A stretch of DNA of 64,000 nt from the human T2T-CHM13v2.0 reference genome, Homo sapiens (GCF_009914755.1 NC_060929.1); one strand, 5' to 3'; shown: positions 44,001-57,372, counted from the stretch's first letter. Program-made: numbers and translations. The notes: generated by a model from the sequence alone, not told the origin.

Positions 44001-44610
44001 TATATATTATATGCTATATGTAGTATATACTATATATTATATGCTATATATAGTATATACTATATATTATATGCTATATATTGTATATACTATATATTGT
44101 ATATACTATATATTATATGCTATATGTAGTATATGCTATACTTATATATGCTATATATTATGTACTATATATAGTATATACTATACTTATACATACTATA
44201 TATTATATACTATCTATAGTATATACTATACTTATACGTACTATATATTATATACTATATATAGTATATACCATACTTATAGATAGTATATATTATATAG
44301 TTTATACTATATAATATATACTATATATTATGTGCTATAGTATATGTCATACTTACTATATACTATAGTACTACATATACTATATATTATATACTATAGT
44401 ATATAATATAGTAATATATATACCATATATTATACAATATAGTATATACTATAGTAATATATATGCTATATATTGTATACTATAGTATATACTCTACTAA
44501 TATATATACCATATATTATACATAATGTAATATGTATATTATATATTATAGTATATTATATACAATATAGTTTGTATGTTATATATTATAGTATATTCTA
44601 TATATATAAA
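41085..44610. repeat. ~3.5-kb degenerate AT-rich self-complementary micro/minisatellite array
   Basis: Interspersed tatatacta and tagtatata units in both orientations; 30-bp tandem unit atgctatatgtagtatatactatatattat at 43981-44100. Confidence 0.97.
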
Positions 44611-45289
44611 ATTCACGCTAGTATAGGTGAAGATATGATCTCACCAGAGGTAAATACTACTAGAATATTACCATATATCTTTCCTCTTATGAGTCTTTGG
44701 CAGGTTTGAGTATTTTAATTTAACCTTTATCTGAGTCTATCTTGTACCTCTTGACTAGCTTCTTTCATTGGAAGATCCACTGTCCGAGTTCAGTACCTGC
44801 AAATTCATCTTTGTACCTCCGTATTGAGCAAATCACAGTTTTCCCCACAAGTATGACAAGAAATAGAAATGACTGTCGGCTTTCATAGTGAATCAGTAAA
44901 TGTTTCTCTTCTAAAATTTAAGTTTTTCTGTAAATAAGTGGGCATTTATGCCACTCAGAACTTATTTTCAAACTTAAATCTGAGGAGCACTTCATACATT
45001 TCCCTTATTAGAGTTAAAAGGCCTCTTAGATATGAATTCCCTCTCTTTGTTATAAGTGATGCTCAAAGATGAATTGATTTTTCTTGGTTATAAACACATG
45101 GTCAAACCCTCCCTCTGCACCCCCGCAGGTCACATTAGATGTTCTTTTTCAGAGTTTTTCAGGTTTCTAAGACACTGATTTATCTTGCAATCATTATGTA
45201 CTCTTGAGTGCGATGAAATTCTCAGAAATTGCTGGCATCTGATTTCTATGGGTGGAAGATCTTAACCAAGTTAACCACAGAACAATGTG
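44601..45289 (-). repeat. Right arm of inverted duplication (B' 44601-44692, 428-bp unique spacer, A' 45121-45289)
   Basis: See the alignment given for 40832-41092. Confidence 0.95.
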
Positions 45290-46719
45290 GAGATATATAT
45301 ATATATCTCCATATATATACATATATGAACGAATTCTGGAAAATACAAAAAAGGATACCTATATTGTATTTTCCAGAATTCCTACCATAACTTTGCATAC
45401 TTTTAGAAAAAATAAGTATTTTTAAAGCATATAGCAATCCAAAAGATAATGTAATTATGAATAAAACAGAACTTATAATATGCACTACAAATTATATTAA
45501 ATATACTAAGGATTATTTGGCTCCTTTATTCTGAAACTAGAGTAGACCTTTAAATTAAACTCGTTAATAGGTATCACTACCCGCCTTTCAGGGTACAGGA
45601 CAGCCACATTTTTCTAAAAAGTCTTGTTTTGCATTGATCACTTACTTTCTCCTCTGAGTTCCCATAATTCTTGTTAGCTTTTGCAACAGTGGTATTTTAT
45701 GCTGGCTTTTCATTGTATCTATTGCCTGTGTTGTGTGTGCACGTGTATGTTGTCTTTCCAACTGTATAGTGTGCTCTTTGAGGATAATGAACAAACCTTC
45801 TAAGTCTATGTAGCCTCTAAATTCCAGCATCATATTTTCATTATGTTAATTAGATATTTATTGATTTATAATATAGCCTTAATTAATTTATGAAATGTAA
45901 GTTGTATAATTAAATATGTCATAGAGTTAACGGACCTAAAATCACAAGATTACTATAAAATCAACAAGTTGCTTGAGTACTTTATTGAGTAAAATGGATG
46001 ACTCACCTCTCTTCTTCCTCTGGAGATTTCATTAAAGAGCTGTATTTGCTAGAGACTGCACTGGCCTTTTTTTATTCACCCTAAAATACAAGATATTTAA
46101 ATTCACCCTTTTAACTTGCACAACAACTTAGCCCCAAGATTATATGAAAATCATTTTCTCAATCTTCCCAGGTGGAAGAACAGCAGCAGTTGGTGAGTTG
46201 AAGTTGCCTGACTTTTCTATAATGGATTCCATAGGTTTGCTAGACACCCCTGTCTGTCTGTAGTGGTTCTCTGGGGAAATAATAATGGAATGATCTATGT
46301 CCATCTTTGCTTCCTTCCTTCAAAGAAAAAAGTACCCAAATGTTATCAAAGACCAGATCCTCTGTCTGGGCTTTCTATCACAACCTCTTTAGAAACCAGT
46401 TCTTTCAAGTACATCTTTTTAATCATTCTACCATTGCCTTCTTCTCTTTGAACTTCAAACATGCATAGATCTTCCTTTTTATGAAAAATAATTTGACCTC
46501 CCTAATCAGGGCACTAACTTGCTGCACTAATTCAAACCTTTTCTTGCATAACTTTCTTCACTCTCTGTCCTTCATTTTGCTACCATTTACTTTATCTCTC
46601 TTTTATCTGCAAAGTCACTATACACAGACGTGCAGATTATAGTTTATATAATGATACCCCAGAAACGTTCAGTGCACAACCTGTACAAATGCATAAAGTA
46701 GTCTTGTTTACTTTATGCC

Positions 46720-47305
46720 ACTTACTTATGTTCCCCTTTTTCCTTTCCCCCATCCTTGCCACATTTCAAATTATACTATACATAGTTTCCAAATAAATTT
46801 TCCTAAAATATTTGCAAATATTTCTTGGATTAGATAAAGTCTAAATGCCCAACTCTGGTTTCCAGTGCTCACCATCTTTTCTACTTCATTTCTACTCTTT
46901 GAAAGAGAGCTTCCAATACAGTCATATTCATTTTCCAAACAAACTTAACATTGTCATCACTTTATCATTTAGTATGTGCTGTCTCCCTACTTGGAACGTT
47001 TTACCCACATCTTCACTCATATAATTTCTACAAATCTTCAAAGTCCAGCTTAAACTCTATGTTTCTGTAAAGCTTTACTGACCACCAGAGCCCACAAGAA
47101 CTTCTCAATCTGCTCTCTGATTTCTGTACTATTTGACACTTATGTACTGACTTTTTAATATTTTTTTGTAAATGTATATATGTTCTGTTCTTTTTTTCAC
47201 TTGATTTAAATTTCTAATAAAGAACAGATATTATAACTCTTTGTGTTCTTCAAATTATACAATATCATATTTTACATATAGTGATATACTTAGTAAAAGT
47301 TGATA
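46720..47305 (+). mobile_element. L2 3' remnant
   Basis: gctgtctccctacttggaac, tcttcaaagtccagcttaaa, acatatagtgatatacttagtaaa. Confidence 0.55.
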
Positions 47306-47426
47306 ATAACCTGATTTTCAGTAACTGACAGGTTTCTGTTAGCATATCTATCAGAATTAAAATTTTATCTTGACTTTTTTCTTAAAAATAGGTCAGTTTA
47401 TTTCACAAGGAGTATGTTTGTTTCTT

Positions 47427-47472
47427 GGTGGTGGTGGTGGTGGTGGTGTGTGTGTGTGCACGCACGTGTGTG
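47427..47472. repeat. (GGT)n(GT)n microsatellite
   Basis: Direct reading. Confidence 0.85.
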
Positions 47473-50359
47473 TTGTATGCACATGCTCACACTTCAAGTT
47501 ACATAGTTATGCCAGCATTCCTAAAGCTGGTATTGAGGATATGAAGGTGTGTTACTACTACTGTTACAACTAATAGTAATAAAAATAATTTGGACATACA
47601 CTCCATCTAAATCTTCCTCCTACAGAGTCACACTACACATTAAATTTCTGAAAAGTCCCTCATAAAGGAGTCCTTTGAGTTTTAAGCTAAACTCAAAGGA
47701 CTTGGCAATGCTTCACATCAGGGATTTAAAAGTTGTATTAATGAAAATAGCCATATTTGGGAAAATTATTTTCAGAAGTTATTTCCTCAAATGTTAGTAT
47801 TTTCCAAAGAAATCTCTTCAAATATTTATGAGGGAGTTGGAGTTGAGGGGAAAAAGAAAATATGTCACTTTTCTAAAAGAAAAACAGTAATATTTATAAT
47901 TATTTAATATAAAAAAGGAAATTTATGAATTCTTATCTGTTAGCCTTTAAGTTTTTCTTTCAAATGAACTGATTTAAAGAATACTATTCTAATTCTGTTT
48001 AAAAAATTATATAAACAGAATATTCTGTAGACTCCTTATACAATTGCCCAAGAAATATATTACTGTAAATCCCATACTGAGTTCATAAATCCAGGGCTAA
48101 AAAAAAAATCTAGTGCCTGAAATTATTGCTTTAATTTTATATCTAAATTTTAGCTTGCTTTTTTTAACAAACAAAAAAGGCAATAGAAAGCCAGAGAGCA
48201 AAATCCTTTAAGTTAGATAAAGGCTATTAAAGGTTAATAAGCTCCAGAATAAAGAAGTGCTCTGCCCATCACAGGGCAGAGTGAAAAGATCACAAGATTT
48301 TTGAGTTAGACTTACTTGGGAAGCTCTGCTACTGATCAGATACATGGAATTGAATATCAATATCAATATCAAGAGGCTGCAAAACTGTACTACTTTTGGA
48401 TTTTTGAAGGAGGGAAATAATAGAATTATGATGTATAATGCCAATGAAACATTATTAAGTTCACCCTCACAGAATGAATGTTTGCCTCATCTCAACTTCA
48501 TGCACAAAGTTCAGCCAAATATGTAGAGTTACAGAATATTCAACAACTGTTGTATTCTTTAGGAATGCAGCCTTGGTGAAGGTATGATGACTAGGATGAA
48601 TAAGTCATCTAGAGATCCCCCTTAGCCAGAAGAATAATTTAAAATACATATGGTTTCAGATGTTTTGAATTGAGTATAATTCTTGACCTGCCTGTTGTGA
48701 GCTTTTTCTTAATACAGAATTCCTGTTATTCTTCTTTAACCAACAACCGTGTATGAACATTGGCCATTCAAGTATAGCAATATCCCAATTGACTCTCACA
48801 AGCATTCTCTTTAAAGTAAAAATTCAATGTTCTTGCAAACTGGAGATACTTTTTCCCACCTCAAAATACTGTTTGGTGAAACAATAAATTTGAAGCCTAA
48901 GACACTATAGTTTTTCTGATACTTAATAGAGCTACTTCATTCCCTATGGATTTTTTTTCTATTTTATAAATATAATTTCCATTCTTTCCATTCTCTTTCT
49001 ATTTGAATTATTCTTAAAATAAATCACACAGAAGTAAAATAAGAATGTGATATGTTTATGACATTTCTTACACTGGGATATTCTGACATCCCTATGTTTG
49101 AAATAGAATTTTTGTTTTCTTTTCAAATGTAAGCTGTGATTATTAAGGTTAAATTCATGAGCCAGAAAAAATTTTAAAACAAAATTTACAAATATTTGGG
49201 CGGTGGCTCTTACTTTTTGAACTTGCTCTCACATAGATAATATATTCCCTCCTTTGTGTCATAATTTGTAGCTATTAGTCAAGGTCAGAATGAATAGGTA
49301 AATACAGGAATATTTGCTTTTCTTACACTTCTTTTGAACTACAAAGTTCTTATCTGGTCAATTTACAGATTCAGAGACCCATATGAATATCATATTGAGA
49401 TATGCAATTGCAAAGATTCCTGTTACCAACTGGAATTATCAAATGAATCCTCTTTTCTTCTGTCATTGATGTTCTCTCTTTTTATGTAATAAAAGTTATT
49501 TAATAGTTTATAACACTGTTATGACTTTATTCCTATTCAGAGGAAAAATTTATCCTCATAAATACATGCCCTTATTTTATCAAATATTTTACACCCTAAG
49601 AACATAATATTTCTTATACCTATATACCATGAACATTTACAACTAAAGACAATATTGTCATGGATAACACAATCATTACCATAAACAGGATATATACATA
49701 AAATTATATATATATGTATCTATATATTTCTCATATATATATATGTATATATATCTCAGATAATGCCAACTCAGAAGAGAGATGATACACAGATTTCTGA
49801 CGACACTTAACCTAAGTGTCTCTTCACAAAGTCAGCTTTGGAAATGGTTGTCATCAATGTCTGTGTCCTTGGCCTGCCTCGGGGAACCTGCACGTGAAAG
49901 TGTTGACGGGACAGGCATGCTGTCCACATCCCTGGCCCTTTGACACTGTCTCTTTTATACTCCTTGGGACTGTAGGTGCTGGCTGCAGTAGCAATGCCTC
50001 TTCTACATGTCAAATAGGAATCAGCATTATTAATGGATGAGTTCTCAAATTCTCCCCTCTTCCTTCTTCTAGCTTCTTGAAATCAAAACTTTTTGCTTGC
50101 CAAGCTATCTCTAGAGGTCTATTAAAGAAAAAAGGAAAATTCAGAGATAATGTAAGAAACCAAGAAATCAGACAGGCTAAGTGGAAGTGGGAAATAAGTG
50201 AATGAGCCAGAGGTGGGGAGGGAAGAGAGAGACAAAAGCACTGTGGCTTTCAGAGATTTCGTGAGGGATTTTTGTAGAAATTAGTGATGGGGGGAGGGAT
50301 TTTAAAGATTATGCATTAAGAATGTTCTTTCTAGAGTATCCTCTGGAATAATATTTATC

Positions 50360-50556
50360 CCAAAGAGTGCTGTTGGTATTAGGAAAACTGTTCTTCAACA
50401 TGTAGGACTGTCCCACACATTGCAGGATGTTTAGTATCTCTGGTGCCAGCCACTTACTAAATGCTGGAAATGCTCTTCATCATGAAAAGTGAAACCATTT
50501 ATATGTATTTGTAAATATCTCCAAAGAGGTACTTCTGCCACTGGTTGAGAAACACG
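50360..50556 (+). mobile_element. MER20-like hAT-Charlie MITE
   Basis: ggactgtcccacacattgcaggatgtttag ... ctggttgagaaacac. Confidence 0.65.
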
Positions 50557-52148
50557 GCCCTGGAAGTGGAGTAGTCAAAATCAAGCTCTGGATATGGGGA
50601 ATATATATTTATGAACTGTGATTCTTTAAATGTGATGAAAATTGAGCCACAATGAACTCAAAATATATTACATTTGTGTAATGTATCTCTCACATGTATT
50701 GTATTTTGGGCACCTGGATAGCAGCTATGCTGTTTTATATGCATGAGAAAATGGGATTTGAAATATAAAGAAAGAAGTGTACTTCTATGGCAAATAAGTG
50801 AGGTTAGAGGCAAGATAGGAAAAATTTTTAAAGGAAGTCAGCATTTCCTAACTGCCTGCTACATAATGTAATTTATCTAAAATCACAAGATGGTTAAGTG
50901 ACAGGATCTAAACCCAGGTTAGTATAATTGCAAAGCCCATGATTTGTTGCGTTTTGACAGGAGTTCAGTGAAGTGGTAAGAAAATCAAATTTAAAGACTA
51001 CTTTAGAAAATATAAGTATAAACAAAAAATATTTTTTTTCTCCAGGTTTGAACAGCATCCAAACCTCATATTATCCTCCTACGCCTAATCTAGTAATGTT
51101 AGGTATCATGCCCTCTATCAATAGATTTGAGAAGATGTTAAAGAGGAAAACCTAAGAAATTAAACATGAATGTTCTCAAAAAGGCTTACCATAAACTAAT
51201 CTTATTATCAGCAAATGAGATAATTTACAGAAAACCAAAGAGGAAAAAAAATTGTCTGTGTCCTAAGGAAAATGCTTGATTTCTTGATTTTCCTGGGCTA
51301 AGGGCCAGAAGCATTAATAGCAATGCATTATTATTCTAAATTCAATGAATTATTGTTCATATCAGTATTAATTTTGAAAGAGATGCTCTTACTGATATTA
51401 ATTTCAGAGTATTAACTGGAAACCATCACCTTGCTTAGAACAATTTTCAGATGAAAGAGTTCTGAGCGTGACTTGATTCTTTTCTTTAACTTTCCCATCC
51501 AAAAGCTCTGGCAAGAACACCCTGGGTGTGACTCCTGCTGAGCTGCCAGCATGGCACACTTATGCCTCTCAGTTTGCTGGCCTAGAAGTGGTCAAAATGA
51601 CAAAGGCAATAGGCCCTGTGAGCTCTTTAACATTACAAAGAAGATTTAAGTGAATTTTCAAAGCCTTAGGATAATGATCACGAAAAGACTTTATTCTACA
51701 GGCTGACACAGATTCCTCGGCTAGTGGAGGCCATCACCAGTGCGTCATTCTGTCTTGTGCCATCTCCCTACAGCTTAAGGATAGACTTGACTGGAAATAT
51801 TTGCACATGCAGGTGTTTTTTTAGGGCAAGAAGCAGTTCTCTGACTTCTCATTGCTGCCGAAGGGCTAGCCTGGCTTTCCTTGGCTCGGCAATCTGGTAC
51901 AAGTCTGCTGAGTCAGATAAAATGCAGAGGTTTCTATCCTTGCCATCACATGCATCACAAATTCAATGGACCACAAAAGATTGAATCTTTCGTTTAAGCA
52001 TTATCGTGAAAATTTGTTTCAATTACTGTGGCTGAAGAAACACTTTAAAGCAAAGAATCAAGGTATGTCAGGAAAATGCCTTTCTTTTTTCTCCAAAAAT
52101 TTCCAAATAACAGATGGTAGAGTTCTTTTAAAAATTATTGATAATACT

Positions 52149-52917
52149 TGTTAAATATGGTAAAAAGATCTTATTCAAGCCAGGCATAGTGGCTCACACC
52201 TATTATCCCAGCACTTTGGGAGGCTGAGGCAGGTGGATCACTTGAGGCCGGGATTTCGAGACCAGCCTGGCCAGCATGGCAAAACCCCATCTTAACTAAA
52301 AATACAAAAATTAGCTGGGTGGTCACGCGTGCTTGCAATCTCAGCTGTTCGGAAGGCTGAGGCAGGAGAATGCTTGAACCCAGGAGGCAGAGGTTGCAGT
52401 GAGCTGAGATCGTGGCACTGTGCTCTAGCCTGGGCAACAGAGTGAGACTCTGTCTCAAAAAAGAAGAGAGATTATTCAAGGGGACTTGAGATAGATAAAC
52501 AGGCAGGCTACAAAAATTAGGTTTTGTTTTAGGGGAATGAGATCGAGCTCAGCTCTGAATACAAAGAATGTGAGAAGCCAGGTAACAGGGTGGGGGTCAG
52601 TGGATAGGAAGTTACTAATAAGAAACCTCAAGGATGAGATGAAATTCTGGCTGAGGTGACCTAACGGGATTTTTGCTGAATGCAGGCCAGGGTGATCAGA
52701 CAACACCTAGGGGTGGTAGAAAATGAGGAACCTGACAAGAGAGCAAGGGCGATTAGATTTCAGTGGTGGGGGATGCTGGTTACGCTGATTCCACATGATT
52801 CTTGCTAAAATTGGACAATTTAAAGATGAACGTGGACTTCCAAAAGTCAAGACCTAGTTTAGAAGAGAGTTTCAGTAGAGGTTGACTAGAGTGTGCTCAT
52901 AGAGAGAATCTTTGTCA
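52149..52917 (-). mobile_element. ERV1 solo LTR (MER31/MER67-like), interrupted by an Alu
   Basis: Minus strand begins TGACAAAGATTCTCTC; internal tcttgctaaa, cagggtgatcaga and gggggtcagtggatagga. Confidence 0.75.
52178..52465 (+). mobile_element. AluSz/Jb-like
   Basis: Dimeric Alu; TSD ttattcaag at 52171-52179 and 52472-52480. Confidence 0.93.
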
Positions 52918-53647
52918 GTAGTGATGGCAATAATAACACTAACAAAGTATAATAGTTCTTTCTGATAGTAAGAAATGAACGTTTTTAGATAACTTTGACC
53001 AGATCTCAAAATCTCTTTATACCTTAATTCCACTAAAGACTTTTGAAATAGTTTCAGTGGCAGATAAATGTAAGTTTGATTGTGTATGTGTTGGGCGGAG
53101 GGGAAATTGTGCATGGCTTTCTTTAATGGCTTTGGATTAAATAAGACATTTCTTATTTAATTTAAACTAAAAATCTTTTGTTTTAGAGATTGGCTCTTTA
53201 TAATTCACTTAAGAGAAACAAAAACAGTAAATGCTATGATAAAATATAAGAATTGTTTCCTTTAGCTGATTATATTAATTAGACAATAGGCAAATCATTC
53301 CTTTCATGCCATTTAATCCCAGTTTCTGTGATACCTGCTGAAGAAAAACTGGTTCAATTGTAAATACTCCAGTGGTACCTTTTGTAGGCATAATTTTTAA
53401 AGAAGTCTCAAGGGTTGGTTTTCCTTTGATTATTGAACTCATCACTCTAATCTCCAAATAATAAGGAACAGGTTATTGGGCCAAGATGCAGTCAACAGTA
53501 TCCTCTAAGAGAAACTAAAATAGGTTAGAAGGATTTCAACGAGAACTTTGAGAACTTTGCAGGTTTTTATCATTTACTTTAGTCCAATAGAGGCTGCAAG
53601 TTGAAAATAAAGTGATTAAGAGAGAAGCGTCTATTTAAAATGACTTG

Positions 53648-53944
53648 GGCTGTGTGAAGTGGCTCACACCTGTAATCCCAGCTCTTTGGGAGGCTGAGGT
53701 GGGAGGATGGCTTGAGGTCCCAGTTTGAGATAAGCCTGAGCAACATAGCAGGACTCCCATCTCTACAAAAAGTAAAAAAAAATTAGCTGAGCATGGGGGC
53801 ATGTGCCTGTAGTCTCAGCTCTTCAGGAGGCTGAGGTGGGAGAATCACTTGAGCCCAGAAGTTTGAGGATGCAGTGAGCCATGATTGTACCAATACACTC
53901 CATTGTGGGTGACTGAGAAAACCCTGTCCCAAAAAAAAAAAAAA
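53648..53944 (+). mobile_element. AluJ
   Basis: gggaggatggcttgag and gcagtgagccatgatt; TSD taaaatgactt at 53636-53646 and 53952-53962. Confidence 0.92.
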
Positions 53945-54699
53945 TGGAAAATAAAATGACTTTTGGACATTTCTGGTTTTATTTAAGGGAACAGTGAATA
54001 ATGAAAAACACAGTTTTCAAATATGCATCGTAGTGCAGGTTGACCTTAAACAATTCGCCAAGCCTTCCTCAATTATCAAACCCAGCTTTTACATCTCTCG
54101 TTTCAGCATTTCATTTGGCCTCTATCAGTGCTCCTTTAGCTCTTCATTCAAATGTCCCTTTGAAACAAAGATAATCTTGTCAAAATATATCCCAAAGAAC
54201 CCACAAAACAGGCTTTTTTTGTGGCAGTGACCTGATGAGAAATAGTTCCCAAGCACAGTTTATACTGTGAAAATTATTATTTAATTCCATCATGAGTTAG
54301 AAGTCAATTTGCAGTCATTTGAGAAGATCTGAAATAGGTGACTGCTGTAAGATCCCTCACCTGTCTCCTTATAGTAGCAAAGAGCACAAACTCCTATTGT
54401 TAATGGTTTTAATAAGAAAAAGAAATGTCCGCAGCAATACTGCAGTCAGCCTGGAACAACTCAGATTAACAAGGTCATGTTCATCATTTAATATATGTCA
54501 AGCATCTAATGAATACTTGGCTATAAAATAAGCACTATGGAGATTTGAGAGACCACAGACAGTATGATTATTGCTTTCTGGGAATCAGCTATCTAAAAAG
54601 CCCCAATTCAAGTATATAGTATTCAATAAGGTAATATAGTTAACTCTTGATTCAGCTAAGATAGTTATACAAATAATGGAAAATTTCAGGTGGTATCAT

Positions 54700-54835
54700 C
54701 ATAAAAGATCATCAAAAATGATCTAGTTTAATTCCCTTCATTTTACAGAAGAAACTGAGGTTCAGAAGGTTAATGACTTGTCATCATCACAGTCAACTGG
54801 AGATTCAAGCTTGATATCCATGTTCTTATTATCTA
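54700..54835 (-). mobile_element. MIR3/MIR core
   Basis: cattttacagaagaaactgaggttcagaaggttaatgacttg. Confidence 0.75.
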
Positions 54836-54915
54836 AGTGATATCCAGGTACAGATGAGACTCCATTCTGTGGATATGGTTCTAAATCCTTGGGTATAGGT
54901 AGTCCTGTGAGTCTA

Positions 54916-54920
<5 letters not shown>

Positions 54921-54957
<37 letters not shown>
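54921..54957. repeat. (AC)n microsatellite
   Basis: Direct reading; pure tract of about 18 units. Confidence 0.95.
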
Positions 54958-54959
<2 letters not shown>

Positions 54960-56656
54960 GTAAAATGCAGAAAGAGAGAATAACTACAAAAGGCAGCCCC
55001 ATGAAAAAAGGAAGAGAATGAGAGAATGGGAGGCACAGAGCTGTTGCTGGTTCATTGCAGTTCTGAACTCTGGCTGGACAGGTGTTGTCAGTTACTTGAT
55101 TGGGACACAATGGCATATTCTGGCTCCAAGAAATGATTCTCCAACGCTCTTAGTTCTTCCTCTGGGTTCTTAGTTTCCCCCTCGAAATCATTCTACCTTT
55201 TCTGTAAGAAATAACCCTGTTTCTATCTGGGTATGTATTCCAGCCTGTTCCCTGCCCACAGAAAACTCAGGTACTTGCTACAGAGGCTTACAGTGTTAAA
55301 GGGGCCATCACTAATCATGGCACTAAACTATTAAAGAAAACAAGCTGACATTAAATGGAAATAAAATGTGTCAGGACATTTTATGAACATAGATAAGAGT
55401 TAAACTTAACCTCTTTCATTTAAAAATAGGTATATAATCTTACAATGGTATGATTACCATAGCCATAGCTTTGTGTTAGAATGTCATCCCAAAGTGAATT
55501 AACTTAAAAGACAAAAAAAGTTTAAAAACCTAACCTCTTTTTCTCAAGCAAATTGAAATTATTTGTAAAAAAATTTCACTTTTTGTGTTTTAATAATGAA
55601 AATCCATAATTAATTAGAGATAAATGTTCAACATATAAGCAATGATCATCTCTTTAATAAACAGAATATGCAACACACTTTTTCTTCCTACTTTCTAAAA
55701 TATTTCATAATCAATAATCAACATAAAAATAAAGAAGAAAGCCAAAGCAATACAAGGTTAACCAAAAAAAAAAAAAAAAAAAGAACTTCTTGGAGGAAAT
55801 AAACTGCTGTCTAACTTGGAGGGAAAAACAGTTTAGAAGACAAAGTGGCAAATTCTAGTAAATTCAATAGAAAAGTAGATAACACTAATAAATACCCTCT
55901 TTCCTGAAGTTTTGTGGCCTTTGTTATGTTATCCAGCGACTGGGGACACAAGAGGAATTAAAATGTCTTTAGCAAGATGTATGACTTTTTTATTTTCATT
56001 CCTTTTATATTCATAACCTAACAACTTTTGTAATTAGTCTGTAAATGCCTTACTTACTAATAAATATTAAACTTATGTGAAAGGATTCATTTGAGTGGTA
56101 TATAATCTTTATGTTTAGGATGAAATTTATCAACTTCAGCTAATTAAACTCACAGTTGTCATGCCTCCTATGCCTCTTGGAATTCAAATTAAGAATTTGA
56201 TATCATATCTTTAATAGGTAAGGAACATTTTGTGACATTTGTTTCTTCTAATTAGTCTATTAAAATTGCATAAGAATTGCCTGTTAATTGAATAATTCTT
56301 TTTGCTCTAATAGAATTAACTTTGACTATGATTCCGACTAGCCAATGATTAGCTCAAAAAGTCACATTGAAAATTATCCATGTCAACTGTTCTATTCACT
56401 TCCTACATTTTTCACTGGTGTAGTCAAATCTTGGTGTAATATCTAAAACAATGGCTAGGCAAATTCAGACACACATGGACACATACACTATACATATGTA
56501 CACATACTATCCATATATACACACTACATATAGGTATACCTCAAACTGCTTTTAGGACAAAATTTTACACATGTAATTAGTAAAAATATTTCATTGGCAT
56601 CCTTACTTTTTAGGATTTTAAGGTAGACTAAGGTAGTCACAGAAAGATTTACAAAA

Positions 56657-56908
<252 letters not shown>

Positions 56909-57372
56909 TTAGGAATCAGTAGAAAATAGATTGATGGAAAGGTAGAAGAAGGACCCTTAGAGTCATATGTCAAAATTAGAAGGAAAATGACTTTACCATA
57001 TGAACAGCTTATATCCACATGCTAGTGAATTAAAAGATTAAGTAAATAGGGAAAGACTTTTTTAAAAATCTTGACCTTGTATATATTTGATTTACAGGCT
57101 ATACAGAATATAAGCATTTTAATAATAATTATGATACTATGGATAACATCTCATCAAAACTATTTTCCTGAGTGGTTCGTTTCAAGTTAATTAATTTTTG
57201 ATTAATATTCTAACAACAGTTAAAATACTGTTTTTCAGTTTTATTTTTAAAAATATTTTACTGAGACCATTATTTTTCTTTTAATGTTCACAGGGAAGAT
57301 TTGATGCATACATTTTTTTCATTTATAACAAATTTTATAGATTATGACTTCTACCATTGAGAATTTTGTTCA

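Noticed and set aside
41085-44610. CRISPR-like or other programmed repeat-spacer array
   Set aside because: No constant repeat with unique spacers and no associated genes; this is a eukaryotic simple-repeat expansion.
42765-44709. Several Y/I/T-rich ORFs of 60-101 aa
   Set aside because: Translations of the TA-rich array; their periodicity mirrors the DNA repeat.
55240-55276. 9-nt microexon-like cag|aaaactcag|gtactt
   Set aside because: Weak donor and too short to distinguish from chance.
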